Below, one piece after another: positions 30,436 through 38,264 of a DNA stretch of 64,000 bases (the first letter of the stretch is position 1; every line of letters starts with the position of its first letter). Below the pieces are notes generated by a model, which was given only the letters and a program-made list of their open reading frames with translations, made no database searches and was not told the origin of the DNA. This DNA is from an uncultured Mollicutes bacterium (GTDB lineage Bacteria > Bacillota_I > Bacilli_A > ML615J-28 > CAG-313): contig URLJ01000002.1 of assembly GCA_900548675.1 (NCBI GenBank), positions 87,493 through 151,492 on the forward strand, in the 5' to 3' direction. The translations under genes were made by a program, and so were the position numbers.

Positions 30436-31134
30436 CTATTTAGCACTGCGTATTTTAATACTTCTTTCTTTTACTAAAGATATGACTTTATCTATTTGAT
30501 ACGATACCTTTTCATAATCATTATCATAGTATGCTGATTTCAAGGAGGAATAATTATCATTGATTTCATCTTCGATATCTTCTACAATGCTCGTAGAAAT
30601 AGGATCAGTGTAAATTATCAATTCATATAGTTTAGCGAATTTTTCCCTTAATGGTTCGTATTTAAACTCATTATTAAATACTTTTATATCATCCCTTAAT
30701 GTTTTCATAAACTCTTGTTTAGCCTTTGCTTCTGCTTCATTTTCCTTTAAGGCATCTTTATAAAATTCCACTTTAATAATGCTCATTACTTCTAATCCTA
30801 CGATTATTACATTAACTATTAATACGAACCAAAGCGGTACATTAAAGAAATTATTAAAAATCGTTACAAGTATTGTTATAATAAAAGTTACGACAAGATA
30901 TATCAAACTAACCCTTACAAGAGGGATGCCGTATACCTTAATTTTTAAGTTTTTTTCTTTGTAAAAAGCTGCATAAAATGTATATAATTGAGCCAAAATA
31001 GCTACCATCATAAAGATATATGAGGTAATATAAACACTTAAATTTACATAGTTAAAAGGGATTATGAAATAGCATAAAGAGAATATTAAAGCAATTATAC
31101 CTAACGCAATAATAAATCTAATTTTATTTTTCAT
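30436..31134 (-). CDS. Membrane protein (four N-terminal TM helices plus a cytoplasmic charged/coiled C-terminal domain), the middle gene of the operon
   Basis: Hydrophobic helices within aa 8-120. The C-terminal region is rich in E/K/D and Y. It is separated from both neighbours by 2-14 nt. Confidence 0.55.
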   Translation of the reverse strand: MKNKIRFIIALGIIALIFSLCYFIIPFNYVNLSVYITSYIFMMVAILAQLYTFYAAFYKEKNLKIKVYGIPLVRVSLIYLVVTFIITILVTIFNNFFNVPLWFVLIVNVIIVGLEVMSIIKVEFYKDALKENEAEAKAKQEFMKTLRDDIKVFNNEFKYEPLREKFAKLYELIIYTDPISTSIVEDIEDEINDNYSSLKSAYYDNDYEKVSYQIDKVISLVKERSIKIRSAK

Positions 31135-31136
31135 AT

Positions 31137-32864
31137 TTATTCACCCTTTTTTGTTCCGCAATTAGGACAGAATGGTGTCGTTATATTTTTCATCCCACAT
31201 TCACAATCCCAGGTATTATTTGTTGTAGGTTTCTTACAGCCACACTCTGGGCAGAATGGTGTCGTTATATCACTTTTTCCGCAGTTAGGACAAACCCAAG
31301 TATTGTTCGGTGTCGGTTTTTTACTTCCACAATTAGGGCAGAAAAGTGTTGTTACTTCACTGTGACAATTAGGACAAGTCCATTTATTTTGACTTACTGG
31401 TTTTTCTTCTTTAAGATTTAACGTTGGATTGACCGTGTTTTTAACAGTACTAGCTACTTCACCCATTACTCCAAGGCCTACTCCTAAACCTACCATATCA
31501 TTCATCAATCCTGTCACTCCCCCTACTTGACCTTGATTTTCCATAGCAGCTTTAGCAACTTGACGTTGTGTCTCTTGTTGATATGTGTAACCTTTCATTT
31601 GCATTTCCTTAGCTTCAGCTTCAGCCTTTAGGCGATACGCTTCAGCAGATGCTTGCGCTTTGATAATTTCTTCTTGAGCGGCCGTTTGTGCCTCAACCAT
31701 TTTACGTTGTTGTGCGGCTTCGGCTTCAGCTTTTTTGATGCGTTCTTCTGCCACAAGCAAATATTTTTCAGCATATTGTTCTTTTAAACGTTTGAAGTTT
31801 GGATCATCATCTGGTGTCATAATTGTTGTAATAAAGAATTCTGGCATTATCAAGCCATATGCTTCGAGGGCTCTATTAATTTCATTCTTCAAAACATTTG
31901 ATATTTCTTCAATGTGTTCATCTACTTCTAAAATATTGATTGCTTCTTCTCTTATTGTCTTAGCCAAGAAAGACTTAACTTTAGCGGTAACTAATGCTTT
32001 GAATTTTCCTTTCATTCCCACATTTGAGTAATCACTTCCCATTAAATCATTTTGATTTAATTCACCTGTTGTACCTACTACTTTTATTAAAAGTTTTCTT
32101 GGATCATTAACTTTAATATTAAACTCACCACAGGCACCTAATTCAACATGCATGCCTGTTGCGGGATCAAACATTCTTATACGTGTATCAGTTCCCCATT
32201 TTATGCCCATTTGCGTTGTTAAATTAACATAGTAAACCTCTGCATGGAACATATTTGTATCTGATACAGTTGGAAGCTTATAAGTTTTATTTAATAATGG
32301 AATATTATCAGTATTAAGTGTGTATCTACCAGCTCCGAAGGAATCAAGAGCTTTACCATCTTTTAAGAATACAGCTTCTTGTGATTCATGAACAATAAGT
32401 TGTGTTCCCAAATTGAAATCTTCAACAGGATGTTTCCATACTAAGACATCATTAGGTCCTTCATATTTTATTACTGATATTATGCCATCTTTAGTCAAAT
32501 TTTGTTTTAAAATTTGTTCTTTAACATTAATTGTTGTATCACATAAAGGGCAAGTATATGTTGTAGCATTTTTATCTACCGTTAACTCGCAAGAACAAGT
32601 TGGACATTTGATTTCAGCAGTGTTTTTTAACGCATCTTCAGTTGCAAGTTTTTCTTTACAAATAGGACAAACAGCTTTGTTTCCTTTTGATTGATCATAA
32701 ACCACAGTGTTCTTACAATGAGGACAAACAATTGATTTCATCTTATCCTTTTTAATATTTATTACCATACCACAAGTACATTGGATATTCTTTTTTGAAA
32801 AAATTGATGTTGATGCTTCATTATAAGCACCGCAATGTGGGCATTCAATTACAAATTTTGCCAT
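31137..32864 (-). CDS. SPFH/band-7-like protein of the YdjI / 'virion core protein' (PRK13665-like) family, flanked by three N-terminal and three C-terminal C4 zinc ribbons
   Basis: Core HESQEAVFLKDGKALDSFGAGRYTLNTDNIPLL...VNLTTQMGIKWGTDTRI and an Ala/Glu/Gln coiled coil. The N-terminus has three CxxC..CxxC units. The C-terminus repeats W.CPNCG....ITTPFCP.CG.KKPT.NNT three times. Confidence 0.6.
   Translation of the reverse strand: MAKFVIECPHCGAYNEASTSIFSKKNIQCTCGMVINIKKDKMKSIVCPHCKNTVVYDQSKGNKAVCPICKEKLATEDALKNTAEIKCPTCSCELTVDKNATTYTCPLCDTTINVKEQILKQNLTKDGIISVIKYEGPNDVLVWKHPVEDFNLGTQLIVHESQEAVFLKDGKALDSFGAGRYTLNTDNIPLLNKTYKLPTVSDTNMFHAEVYYVNLTTQMGIKWGTDTRIRMFDPATGMHVELGACGEFNIKVNDPRKLLIKVVGTTGELNQNDLMGSDYSNVGMKGKFKALVTAKVKSFLAKTIREEAINILEVDEHIEEISNVLKNEINRALEAYGLIMPEFFITTIMTPDDDPNFKRLKEQYAEKYLLVAEERIKKAEAEAAQQRKMVEAQTAAQEEIIKAQASAEAYRLKAEAEAKEMQMKGYTYQQETQRQVAKAAMENQGQVGGVTGLMNDMVGLGVGLGVMGEVASTVKNTVNPTLNLKEEKPVSQNKWTCPNCHSEVTTLFCPNCGSKKPTPNNTWVCPNCGKSDITTPFCPECGCKKPTTNNTWDCECGMKNITTPFCPNCGTKKGE
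31140..31376 (-). repeat. Three tandem roughly 80-bp direct repeats encoding the C-terminal zinc-ribbon units
   Basis: The DNA-level unit recurs as ...ggacagaatggtgtcgttatat... / ...gggcagaatggtgtcgttatatc... / ...gggcagaaaagtgttgttac... Confidence 0.6.
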
Positions 32865-32868
32865 ATTA

Positions 32869-33072
32869 TTAATTCTCCTCCATATCTGAAATAACTAAAT
32901 TTTTTAATGAAAATTCTAAACACATAATCATAATCTCATTTCTCGTTCTACCAGTTTTTTCGGCAACCAAATCTATTTCTTTAGCAAGCTCACTTGGCAT
33001 TCTTGTAGAAACGACAATTGATTCACCTTTGTATTTTTTAGATTGAATCTCAAGTTTCACTTTACTTTCCAT
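32869..33072 (-). CDS. Ribbon-helix-helix (CopG/Arc-like) DNA-binding protein, the likely autoregulator of the operon
   Basis: MESKVKLEIQSKKYKGESIVVSTRMPSELAKEIDLVAEKTGRTRNEIMIMCLEFSL has a beta strand followed by two helices. The SD AAAGAGG lies 8 nt before the ATG at 33072. The longer ORF-track N-terminus has no SD. Confidence 0.6.
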   Translation of the reverse strand: MESKVKLEIQSKKYKGESIVVSTRMPSELAKEIDLVAEKTGRTRNEIMIMCLEFSLKNLVISDMEEN

Positions 33073-33094
33073 AACATTTACCTCTTTCATTAAC

Positions 33095-33123
33095 ATTATA
33101 ATACAAATGTATACAAATGTCAA
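33095..33123 (-). promoter_or_regulatory. Perfect consensus sigma-A promoter (-35 TTGACA, 17 nt, -10 TATAAT) driving the RHH/SPFH/TIR operon
   Basis: The minus strand reads TTGACAtttgtatacatttgtatTATAAT. The TSS is predicted about 15 nt upstream of the RHH ATG. Confidence 0.7.
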
Positions 33124-33154
33124 AGATAAAGCATTACAAATGTATACATTTGTA
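33101..33154. promoter_or_regulatory. Operator-like repeats: a tandem direct 10-mer (ATACAAATGT x2) in the promoter spacer and a perfect 20-bp palindrome (TACAAATGTATACATTTGTA) just upstream of the -35
   Basis: 33101-33120 is atacaaatgtatacaaatgt. 33135-33154 is tacaaatgtatacatttgta, which is self-complementary. The same ACAAATGT half-site occurs four times. Confidence 0.65.
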
Positions 33155-33194
33155 TTATATGCAGTATTATTTAAATGATTACAAACTAAAATAA

Positions 33195-33237
33195 AATAAA
33201 AAAGAATTTAAAATCCTCAAGGACTAAAAATTCTTTT
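33195..33237 (-). terminator. AT-rich hairpin and U-tract after trmH (weak terminator)
   Basis: aaaaagaattt...aaattcttttt with an inner tcc/gga stem. The stem is AT-rich, so confidence is low. Confidence 0.35.
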
Positions 33238-33983
33238 TACTTTAAATAATAATACATAAGAATGCTTGAAGCTACCGCAACATTAAGAGACTCGACATCA
33301 TTATGCATAGGAATTATAACAGAGGTAGTTGCATTATTTAGGAATTCCTTTGAAACGCCATTCGCCTCATTACCGACTATTATTGCGAAAACTGAAGTAG
33401 GGATAACCTCATCTAAAGTTCGTTTAGCATCTAAACTAGATACTACAATGTCAAAATCATTATTCTTTAAATAATTAATTATCTTACCCTTTTCTTCTAT
33501 AATTACTGGTATTTTAAACAAAGCTCCTTGTGTAGCTCTCACCACTTTATCATTATATGCATCTACAGTATCACTTGTTAAAATGACCGCATCCATCCCT
33601 AAAGCAGCCGATGTTCTTATAATTGTACCTAGATTACCAGGATCTTGAATGTTATCAAGAACTATTATTTTTTTAAAATCTTTACTAATGTAGTTTTTAC
33701 ATTTCTCTACAACCCCAATAATACCTTGTGTAGTAACAACATTTGAGAGTTTTTTAATTATTTCTTTTGTCACGATATATATATTAACACTTTGATAGTT
33801 TTTGATATCAATGGCATCAATATCTAAGATATACACTTCTTTTAGTAAACCATGTTTTAAGGCTTCTTCTACTAAATGATAACCTTCTACTAAATATGTA
33901 TTAGTCTGTTCGCGATACTTTTTTTCTTTTAGTTTGGCCGTTTCTTTTATTTTATTATTTTGTAAAGATGTAATTTTTTCCAT
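33237..33983 (-). CDS. TrmH/SpoU-family RNA 2'-O-methyltransferase
   Basis: SpoU methylase motifs ILDNIQDPGNLGTIIRTSAALG, FAIIVGNEANGVS and IPMHNDVESLNVAVA. Confidence 0.85.
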   Translation of the reverse strand: MEKITSLQNNKIKETAKLKEKKYREQTNTYLVEGYHLVEEALKHGLLKEVYILDIDAIDIKNYQSVNIYIVTKEIIKKLSNVVTTQGIIGVVEKCKNYISKDFKKIIVLDNIQDPGNLGTIIRTSAALGMDAVILTSDTVDAYNDKVVRATQGALFKIPVIIEEKGKIINYLKNNDFDIVVSSLDAKRTLDEVIPTSVFAIIVGNEANGVSKEFLNNATTSVIIPMHNDVESLNVAVASSILMYYYLK

Positions 33984-33985
33984 TT

Positions 33986-34633
33986 TTAACTGACCATTCC
34001 TATGAAACTCTTATATAAATAAACATTACTAAGCACAGTCATAGCGATTAAATAAACAACAAATATAATATATACAATTAAATATAAACGTTTATTTTCT
34101 TTTTTATTTTTATGATTACCAATAAATGTTAACCAAATAAGGGACATTACAGCTAAAATAATTAGTGGATAAATTGTGTTTATTCCTACTAATTTCCACA
34201 CATCTGCTTTTTCAGTAATACTTGTTATTTTATCATTTTCAATAAATTTATTTATAATTTTTATTCCCATGAAAACAAGGAACCAGAAATTCGTAAATAG
34301 CATCGCAATTATTCCACTCAAGTAATAGAAGTGATTAATACGATTTAACCACTCTAATTTCTTAGGCTTTTTTGCTTCTTCTTTTTCATGTTCCATTTCA
34401 TGTTTTTTTTCTATTTCTTCAGTAAGTGACAATCCTAATTTACTTTCTAACATTTCATATACATCTTGAAGTTCTTGATATTCTTCATCAGATATTGATG
34501 GTGTTCCATCTGTTAAAAGTTGTTCATTATAATTATTTATTTTATTAAAGACTTCCTCTTGTAGTTTTTTTGCTTCTTCGATATCATCAGGAATATTATA
34601 TTTATTCATAGTTTCCTCCTTCTCATACAACAA
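33986..34633 (-). CDS. Hypothetical membrane protein (acidic N-terminal region, 3-4 C-terminal TM helices)
   Basis: ORF with the SD GAAGGAGGAAAC. Helices run from about aa 95 to 215. Confidence 0.5.
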   Translation of the reverse strand: MLYEKEETMNKYNIPDDIEEAKKLQEEVFNKINNYNEQLLTDGTPSISDEEYQELQDVYEMLESKLGLSLTEEIEKKHEMEHEKEEAKKPKKLEWLNRINHFYYLSGIIAMLFTNFWFLVFMGIKIINKFIENDKITSITEKADVWKLVGINTIYPLIILAVMSLIWLTFIGNHKNKKENKRLYLIVYIIFVVYLIAMTVLSNVYLYKSFIGMVS

Positions 34634-34635
34634 AT

Positions 34636-34664
34636 ATTATACCCTATGTTGTCTATTATTGCAA
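34636..34664 (-). promoter_or_regulatory. sigma-A type promoter (-35 TTGCAA, 17 nt, -10 TATAAT) for the membrane protein and trmH
   Basis: The minus strand reads TTGCAAtaatagacaacatagggTATAAT. Confidence 0.5.
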
Positions 34665-34667
34665 TTA

Positions 34668-34708
34668 ATTTAAAAAAAATTAAAAGCACTAGAACTTTAC
34701 TAGTGCCT
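34668..34708 (-). terminator. Rho-independent terminator of the SASP gene
   Basis: Stem gcactag/ctagtgc with loop aactttac, followed by an 8-nt U-tract on the minus strand. Confidence 0.65.
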
Positions 34709-34724
34709 TAATCATTGTTTTTCA

Positions 34725-34925
34725 TTATTTAGTTGCGATTTGAGATTGAGCCATAGAAACTAAACGACGAGTAATTTCTCCACCAACTGTACCATTTTGA
34801 CGAGCAGTTGCATCTGGTCCTAAATGTACGCCAAGTTCGTTAGCGATTTCATATTTCATTTGAGAAAGAGCATTTTCTGCACCTGGAACAGCTAATCTGT
34901 TTTTGCTGTAAGATGAATTATTCAT
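34725..34925 (-). CDS. Small acid-soluble spore protein, alpha/beta type
   Basis: [60 protein letters not shown] closely matches the SspA/SspB consensus. Confidence 0.92.
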   Translation of the reverse strand: MNNSSYSKNRLAVPGAENALSQMKYEIANELGVHLGPDATARQNGTVGGEITRRLVSMAQSQIATK

Positions 34926-34949
34926 TGATTACACCTCCTGTCAAAATTA

Positions 34950-34980
34950 GTATGTACCATTTTGAGGTTTATATAACATT
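34950..34980 (-). promoter_or_regulatory. Forespore sigma-G/sigma-F-type promoter (-35 TGTTATA, 17 nt, -10 CATACTA) for the SASP gene
   Basis: The minus strand reads TGTTATAtaaacctcaaaatggtaCATACTA. CATACTA equals the sigma-G -10 consensus CATnnTA. The SD AGGAGG follows. Confidence 0.55.
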
Positions 34981-35005
34981 TTTTAAATGTTAATTTATGG
35001 TAAAT

Positions 35006-36220
35006 CTAGAATATATCTATTTCATCTTCTACTACTTGATATTTACGTTTAGTGTTTAAAGTAACATGCTCAGTTTTTTCAACTGCTTTGTTAATTAACT
35101 CTTTAAAATTAAATTTGTTTTCCTCTTTTATACAAACATCTAATCGAGGTTTAATTTGCGGATGTCTTGGAACATACACTGTACAACAATCTTCATGAGG
35201 TCTAATCGATATATTAAATGTGTCTATTTTATTAGCAATATCAATTATATCCTGTTTGTCAAACGTTACTAGCGGTCTAATAATTGGAAGTTTTGTAACC
35301 TCGCCGATTACGCTCATACTTTCAATTGTTTGACTAGCAACCTGTCCAACACTTTCACCATTGATAATGGCGATGGACTTTGTTTTTTCTGATAACTTTT
35401 CAGCTATGCGATACATCATTCTTCGCATTATTGTTATACAGTAATCTTCTCTAACATAATTATATATATTTTCTTGAATGTCTGTAAAAGGCACTATATG
35501 GAAATTAATCTTCTGGTTACTTGTATATGGGACTAACTTTTCTAATAAATCAACAACTTTTTGTAAAGCAAGATCTGATGTATATGGTGGTGATGCAAAG
35601 TGAACCGCTTCTATTTCGATTCCTTTCTTAATGGAAAGATAACCAGCAACAACACTATCGATACCACCGCTTATCATTAACAATCCTTTACCAAGAATAC
35701 CAGCAGGGAAACCTCCCATACCATAATATGTTTTAGTATATATATATGTACCCTCATATCTTACATCAATATCGAGTGTAATATCAGGGTTATGTACATC
35801 AGCTTTTAAGCCTTCGATACTTTTAAATAAATTTCTACTTACTTCTTTAGTAATCTCAGGGGAAGTATATGGAAAGTTTTTGTCACCTCTTGAGGTTTCT
35901 ACTTTAAAGGTTTTTCCTAGATAATTTTCACTTTTCATCACTTCTACTGTAGCATCTAATATAGTTTCCATCGTGCTTTCACATCTAGTAGCTAAACTAA
36001 ATGAATATATACCCGGGATTTTTTTTAATATTTCAACAACATCTAAAGGGTCCGTTCCATTTAAAATAACATAGTATCTTAACCCTTTTGATTCAAATGT
36101 TAGTTTATCATATGCCGCAAGAGCACGTTTTATATGTGTGGTTACCGCCTTAATAAATTGATTGCGGTTTGATTTTTTAAGCGCCAATTCGCCATAACGT
36201 ATTAAGATATGATTATACAT
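35006..36220 (-). CDS. thiI: tRNA 4-thiouridine(8) synthase ThiI
   Basis: PP-loop SGGIDS, a THUMP-like N-terminal region and 404 aa. It overlaps the end of the upstream desulfurase gene. Confidence 0.9.
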   Translation of the reverse strand: MYNHILIRYGELALKKSNRNQFIKAVTTHIKRALAAYDKLTFESKGLRYYVILNGTDPLDVVEILKKIPGIYSFSLATRCESTMETILDATVEVMKSENYLGKTFKVETSRGDKNFPYTSPEITKEVSRNLFKSIEGLKADVHNPDITLDIDVRYEGTYIYTKTYYGMGGFPAGILGKGLLMISGGIDSVVAGYLSIKKGIEIEAVHFASPPYTSDLALQKVVDLLEKLVPYTSNQKINFHIVPFTDIQENIYNYVREDYCITIMRRMMYRIAEKLSEKTKSIAIINGESVGQVASQTIESMSVIGEVTKLPIIRPLVTFDKQDIIDIANKIDTFNISIRPHEDCCTVYVPRHPQIKPRLDVCIKEENKFNFKELINKAVEKTEHVTLNTKRKYQVVEDEIDIF

Positions 36221-36223
36221 AAT

Positions 36224-37378
36224 TTATTTTCCTTTATTTGTTTTACTGATAGTTTTACTGCTGGTAATTTCTTCTAATACTTTTACTAATGTATCTATTT
36301 CTTCTTTTGTATTAAGATAAGAAAAACTTATTCTAATTGATGATAAAGCTCTTTCTTTATTATTGGTAACAGCTAAAACGGTTCTTTCAGGTGTTTTTTG
36401 TTTAGAGTTGCATGCACTACCTGCTGATAAATATATTTCATGTTTTTCAAAAATGTGAAGCATCGTTTCACTATTAATATTTAAAATACTAATATTAATA
36501 ATATATGGTGAATAAGAAAAGCTCGGGCTATTAATAATAATATCAGGGTTTTCTTTAACCAAATCTCTAAAATAATCATTTAATTCTTTAACATAAGTGA
36601 AATGCTCGTCCATATTTTTAGTAGCTATTTGAATTGCTTTAGCACAAGCAACACTACCAGCGACATTAATAGTACCTGGTTTTAAGCCATCTTGCTGCAT
36701 TGAACCTTTGAGTGGAGCATTTAGATTGATATTAGATTGGTAGAAAAGTGCCCCTGTTCCTTTTAAACCATTAATTTTGTGAGCACTCATTGTAAACATA
36801 TCGACATCATTAAAAGAGAAATGAGGTTTAAGTTTTGCAAGTCCTTGAACAGCATCAACATGGAGTTTCACTCTAGGGTATTTTCTAACTATTTCTATTA
36901 CTTTATCAATTGGTTGAATGGCGCCAATAATATTATTTACCCACATAATTGATACTAAAATGGTGTCATTGTCAATTTCTTTTTTTAAAGTTTCTAGATT
37001 AATTTGACCATTTTCCAAAACATCTAAGTAAACTACTTTAAAACCTTTCTTTTCTAAATCATTAAAACAAGAAAGAACGGAAGGATGTTCAATAGATGTT
37101 GTGATAATTTTCTTATTTTGATTTAAGTAATTGTTACAAACACCATATATCGCAAGATTATTGGCTTCAGTTGCCCCCGATGTAAATACTATTTTTTTAT
37201 TAGTTACACCTAAAGCATCCAGGCAAACTTTTTCAGCTTTTTCAAATAATTGATTAGCTTGAAGCCCTACCTTATATATGCTAGAAGCATTGTACCAACA
37301 TTTAGTGGCAACTTCTTCATATGCTTTTAAAACTTCATCACTTACTGGTGTAGTCGCAGTAGAGTCTAGGTATATCAT
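36224..37378 (-). CDS. Cysteine desulfurase (NifS/IscS family, class V aminotransferase), partner of ThiI
   Basis: MIYLDSTATTP start. PLP-lysine motif SAHKINGLKGTGALF. Active-site Cys in LSAGSACNS. The ATG at 37378 has a GGTGA SD. The longer ORF-track start at 37399 has no SD. Confidence 0.85.
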   Translation of the reverse strand: MIYLDSTATTPVSDEVLKAYEEVATKCWYNASSIYKVGLQANQLFEKAEKVCLDALGVTNKKIVFTSGATEANNLAIYGVCNNYLNQNKKIITTSIEHPSVLSCFNDLEKKGFKVVYLDVLENGQINLETLKKEIDNDTILVSIMWVNNIIGAIQPIDKVIEIVRKYPRVKLHVDAVQGLAKLKPHFSFNDVDMFTMSAHKINGLKGTGALFYQSNINLNAPLKGSMQQDGLKPGTINVAGSVACAKAIQIATKNMDEHFTYVKELNDYFRDLVKENPDIIINSPSFSYSPYIINISILNINSETMLHIFEKHEIYLSAGSACNSKQKTPERTVLAVTNNKERALSSIRISFSYLNTKEEIDTLVKVLEEITSSKTISKTNKGK

Positions 37379-37404
37379 TATTATCACCAATTCTTTCATG
37401 AATA

Positions 37405-37413
37405 ATTATACCA
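37405..37413 (-). promoter_or_regulatory. Extended -10 (TGgTATAAT) for nifS-thiI
   Basis: The minus strand reads tgTGgTATAATtattc, immediately upstream of the desulfurase coding region. Confidence 0.4.
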
Positions 37414-37463
37414 CATTTTTCATAGTTTGTCACTTAATTAAAAAAATGATAATTGCAAAGATA

Positions 37464-37492
37464 TTGAAAAAAAAAGAAAATATCACTATAAT
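37464..37492 (+). promoter_or_regulatory. sigma-A type promoter (-35 TTGAAA, 17 nt, -10 TATAAT) for the TSCPD-domain gene
   Basis: TTGAAAaaaaaagaaaatatcacTATAAT, then the SD GAGGT and the ATG at 37511. Confidence 0.55.
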
Positions 37493-37510
37493 ATACTTGT
37501 GAGGTATTTT

Positions 37511-37771
37511 ATGAAACATATATCGTATACACCGAAAGGTGTTTGTTCAAAACAAATAGATTTTGATCTTTCCGATAATTTTGAAATTTACAATCTCACC
37601 TTTACCGGTGGATGCAATGGTAATCTAAAAGCTATTTCAAAATTATTAGAAGGTAGAAAAGCCGATGAAATCATTCCTATTTTAGAAGGTAATGTTTGTG
37701 GCGTAAGAAATACTAGTTGTGCTGATCAATTAACCAAAGCATTAAAAGAAGCAATTGAATCATGTAAATAA
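37511..37771 (+). CDS. TSCPD-domain small protein (four Cys)
   Basis: MKHISYTPKGVCSKQIDFDL...FTGGCNGNLKAIS...GNVCGVRNTSCADQLTKAL carries the TSC(P/A)D-type motif NTSCADQ and four Cys. Confidence 0.55.
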   Translation: MKHISYTPKGVCSKQIDFDLSDNFEIYNLTFTGGCNGNLKAISKLLEGRKADEIIPILEGNVCGVRNTSCADQLTKALKEAIESCK

Positions 37772-37798
37772 AAAGGCTACTTTATGTAGCCTTTTTTA
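37770..37798. terminator. Bidirectional rho-independent terminator
   Basis: aaaaaGGCTACtttaTGTAGCCtttttt lies between convergent genes. Confidence 0.75.
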
Positions 37799-37811
37799 AG
37801 TAGTCTTTAAA

Positions 37812-38177
37812 CTATTTACTTTCTTTTTTTGCTTCAGTATATTGAGCACTCATAGCTCTTCCAGCCGCAAATGTAACAGTAATACTTTTTACAGTTTTAC
37901 CATCTTCATAAGCTTTGTTAGCTTCTTCTGCAGATTTATAGTTTTTGTACCAAGTTGCAGTACCAGTTCTTCCACTGCTACCTACTTCTGCAGTTAAGTT
38001 AATTTGAGGTTCACCAAGTTTTTTTACTACTTTTTCATAAGTAATGTTTTCTTTTTTGTCAGCAGCTTCGTTGATTTTATCAGCATAGCTCTTGCTTACG
38101 CTACAACTTGCAAGCGCTAAGAAAAGAACTAAACATAATGCAAAAATACCTGATAATTTTAAAACTCTTGCTTTCAT
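37812..38177 (-). CDS. Small lipoprotein (121 aa)
   Basis: MKARVLKLSGIFALCLVLFLALASCSVSK is a lipobox. Confidence 0.6.
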   Translation of the reverse strand: MKARVLKLSGIFALCLVLFLALASCSVSKSYADKINEAADKKENITYEKVVKKLGEPQINLTAEVGSSGRTGTATWYKNYKSAEEANKAYEDGKTVKSITVTFAAGRAMSAQYTEAKKESK

Positions 38178-38264
38178 TTTTTTCTCCTCCTTCTCACAAA
38201 ATTTCTATTAATATGTTATCATAAACAACCATTTTTTTCAAGAATTATGATAATGGTTTTATTA

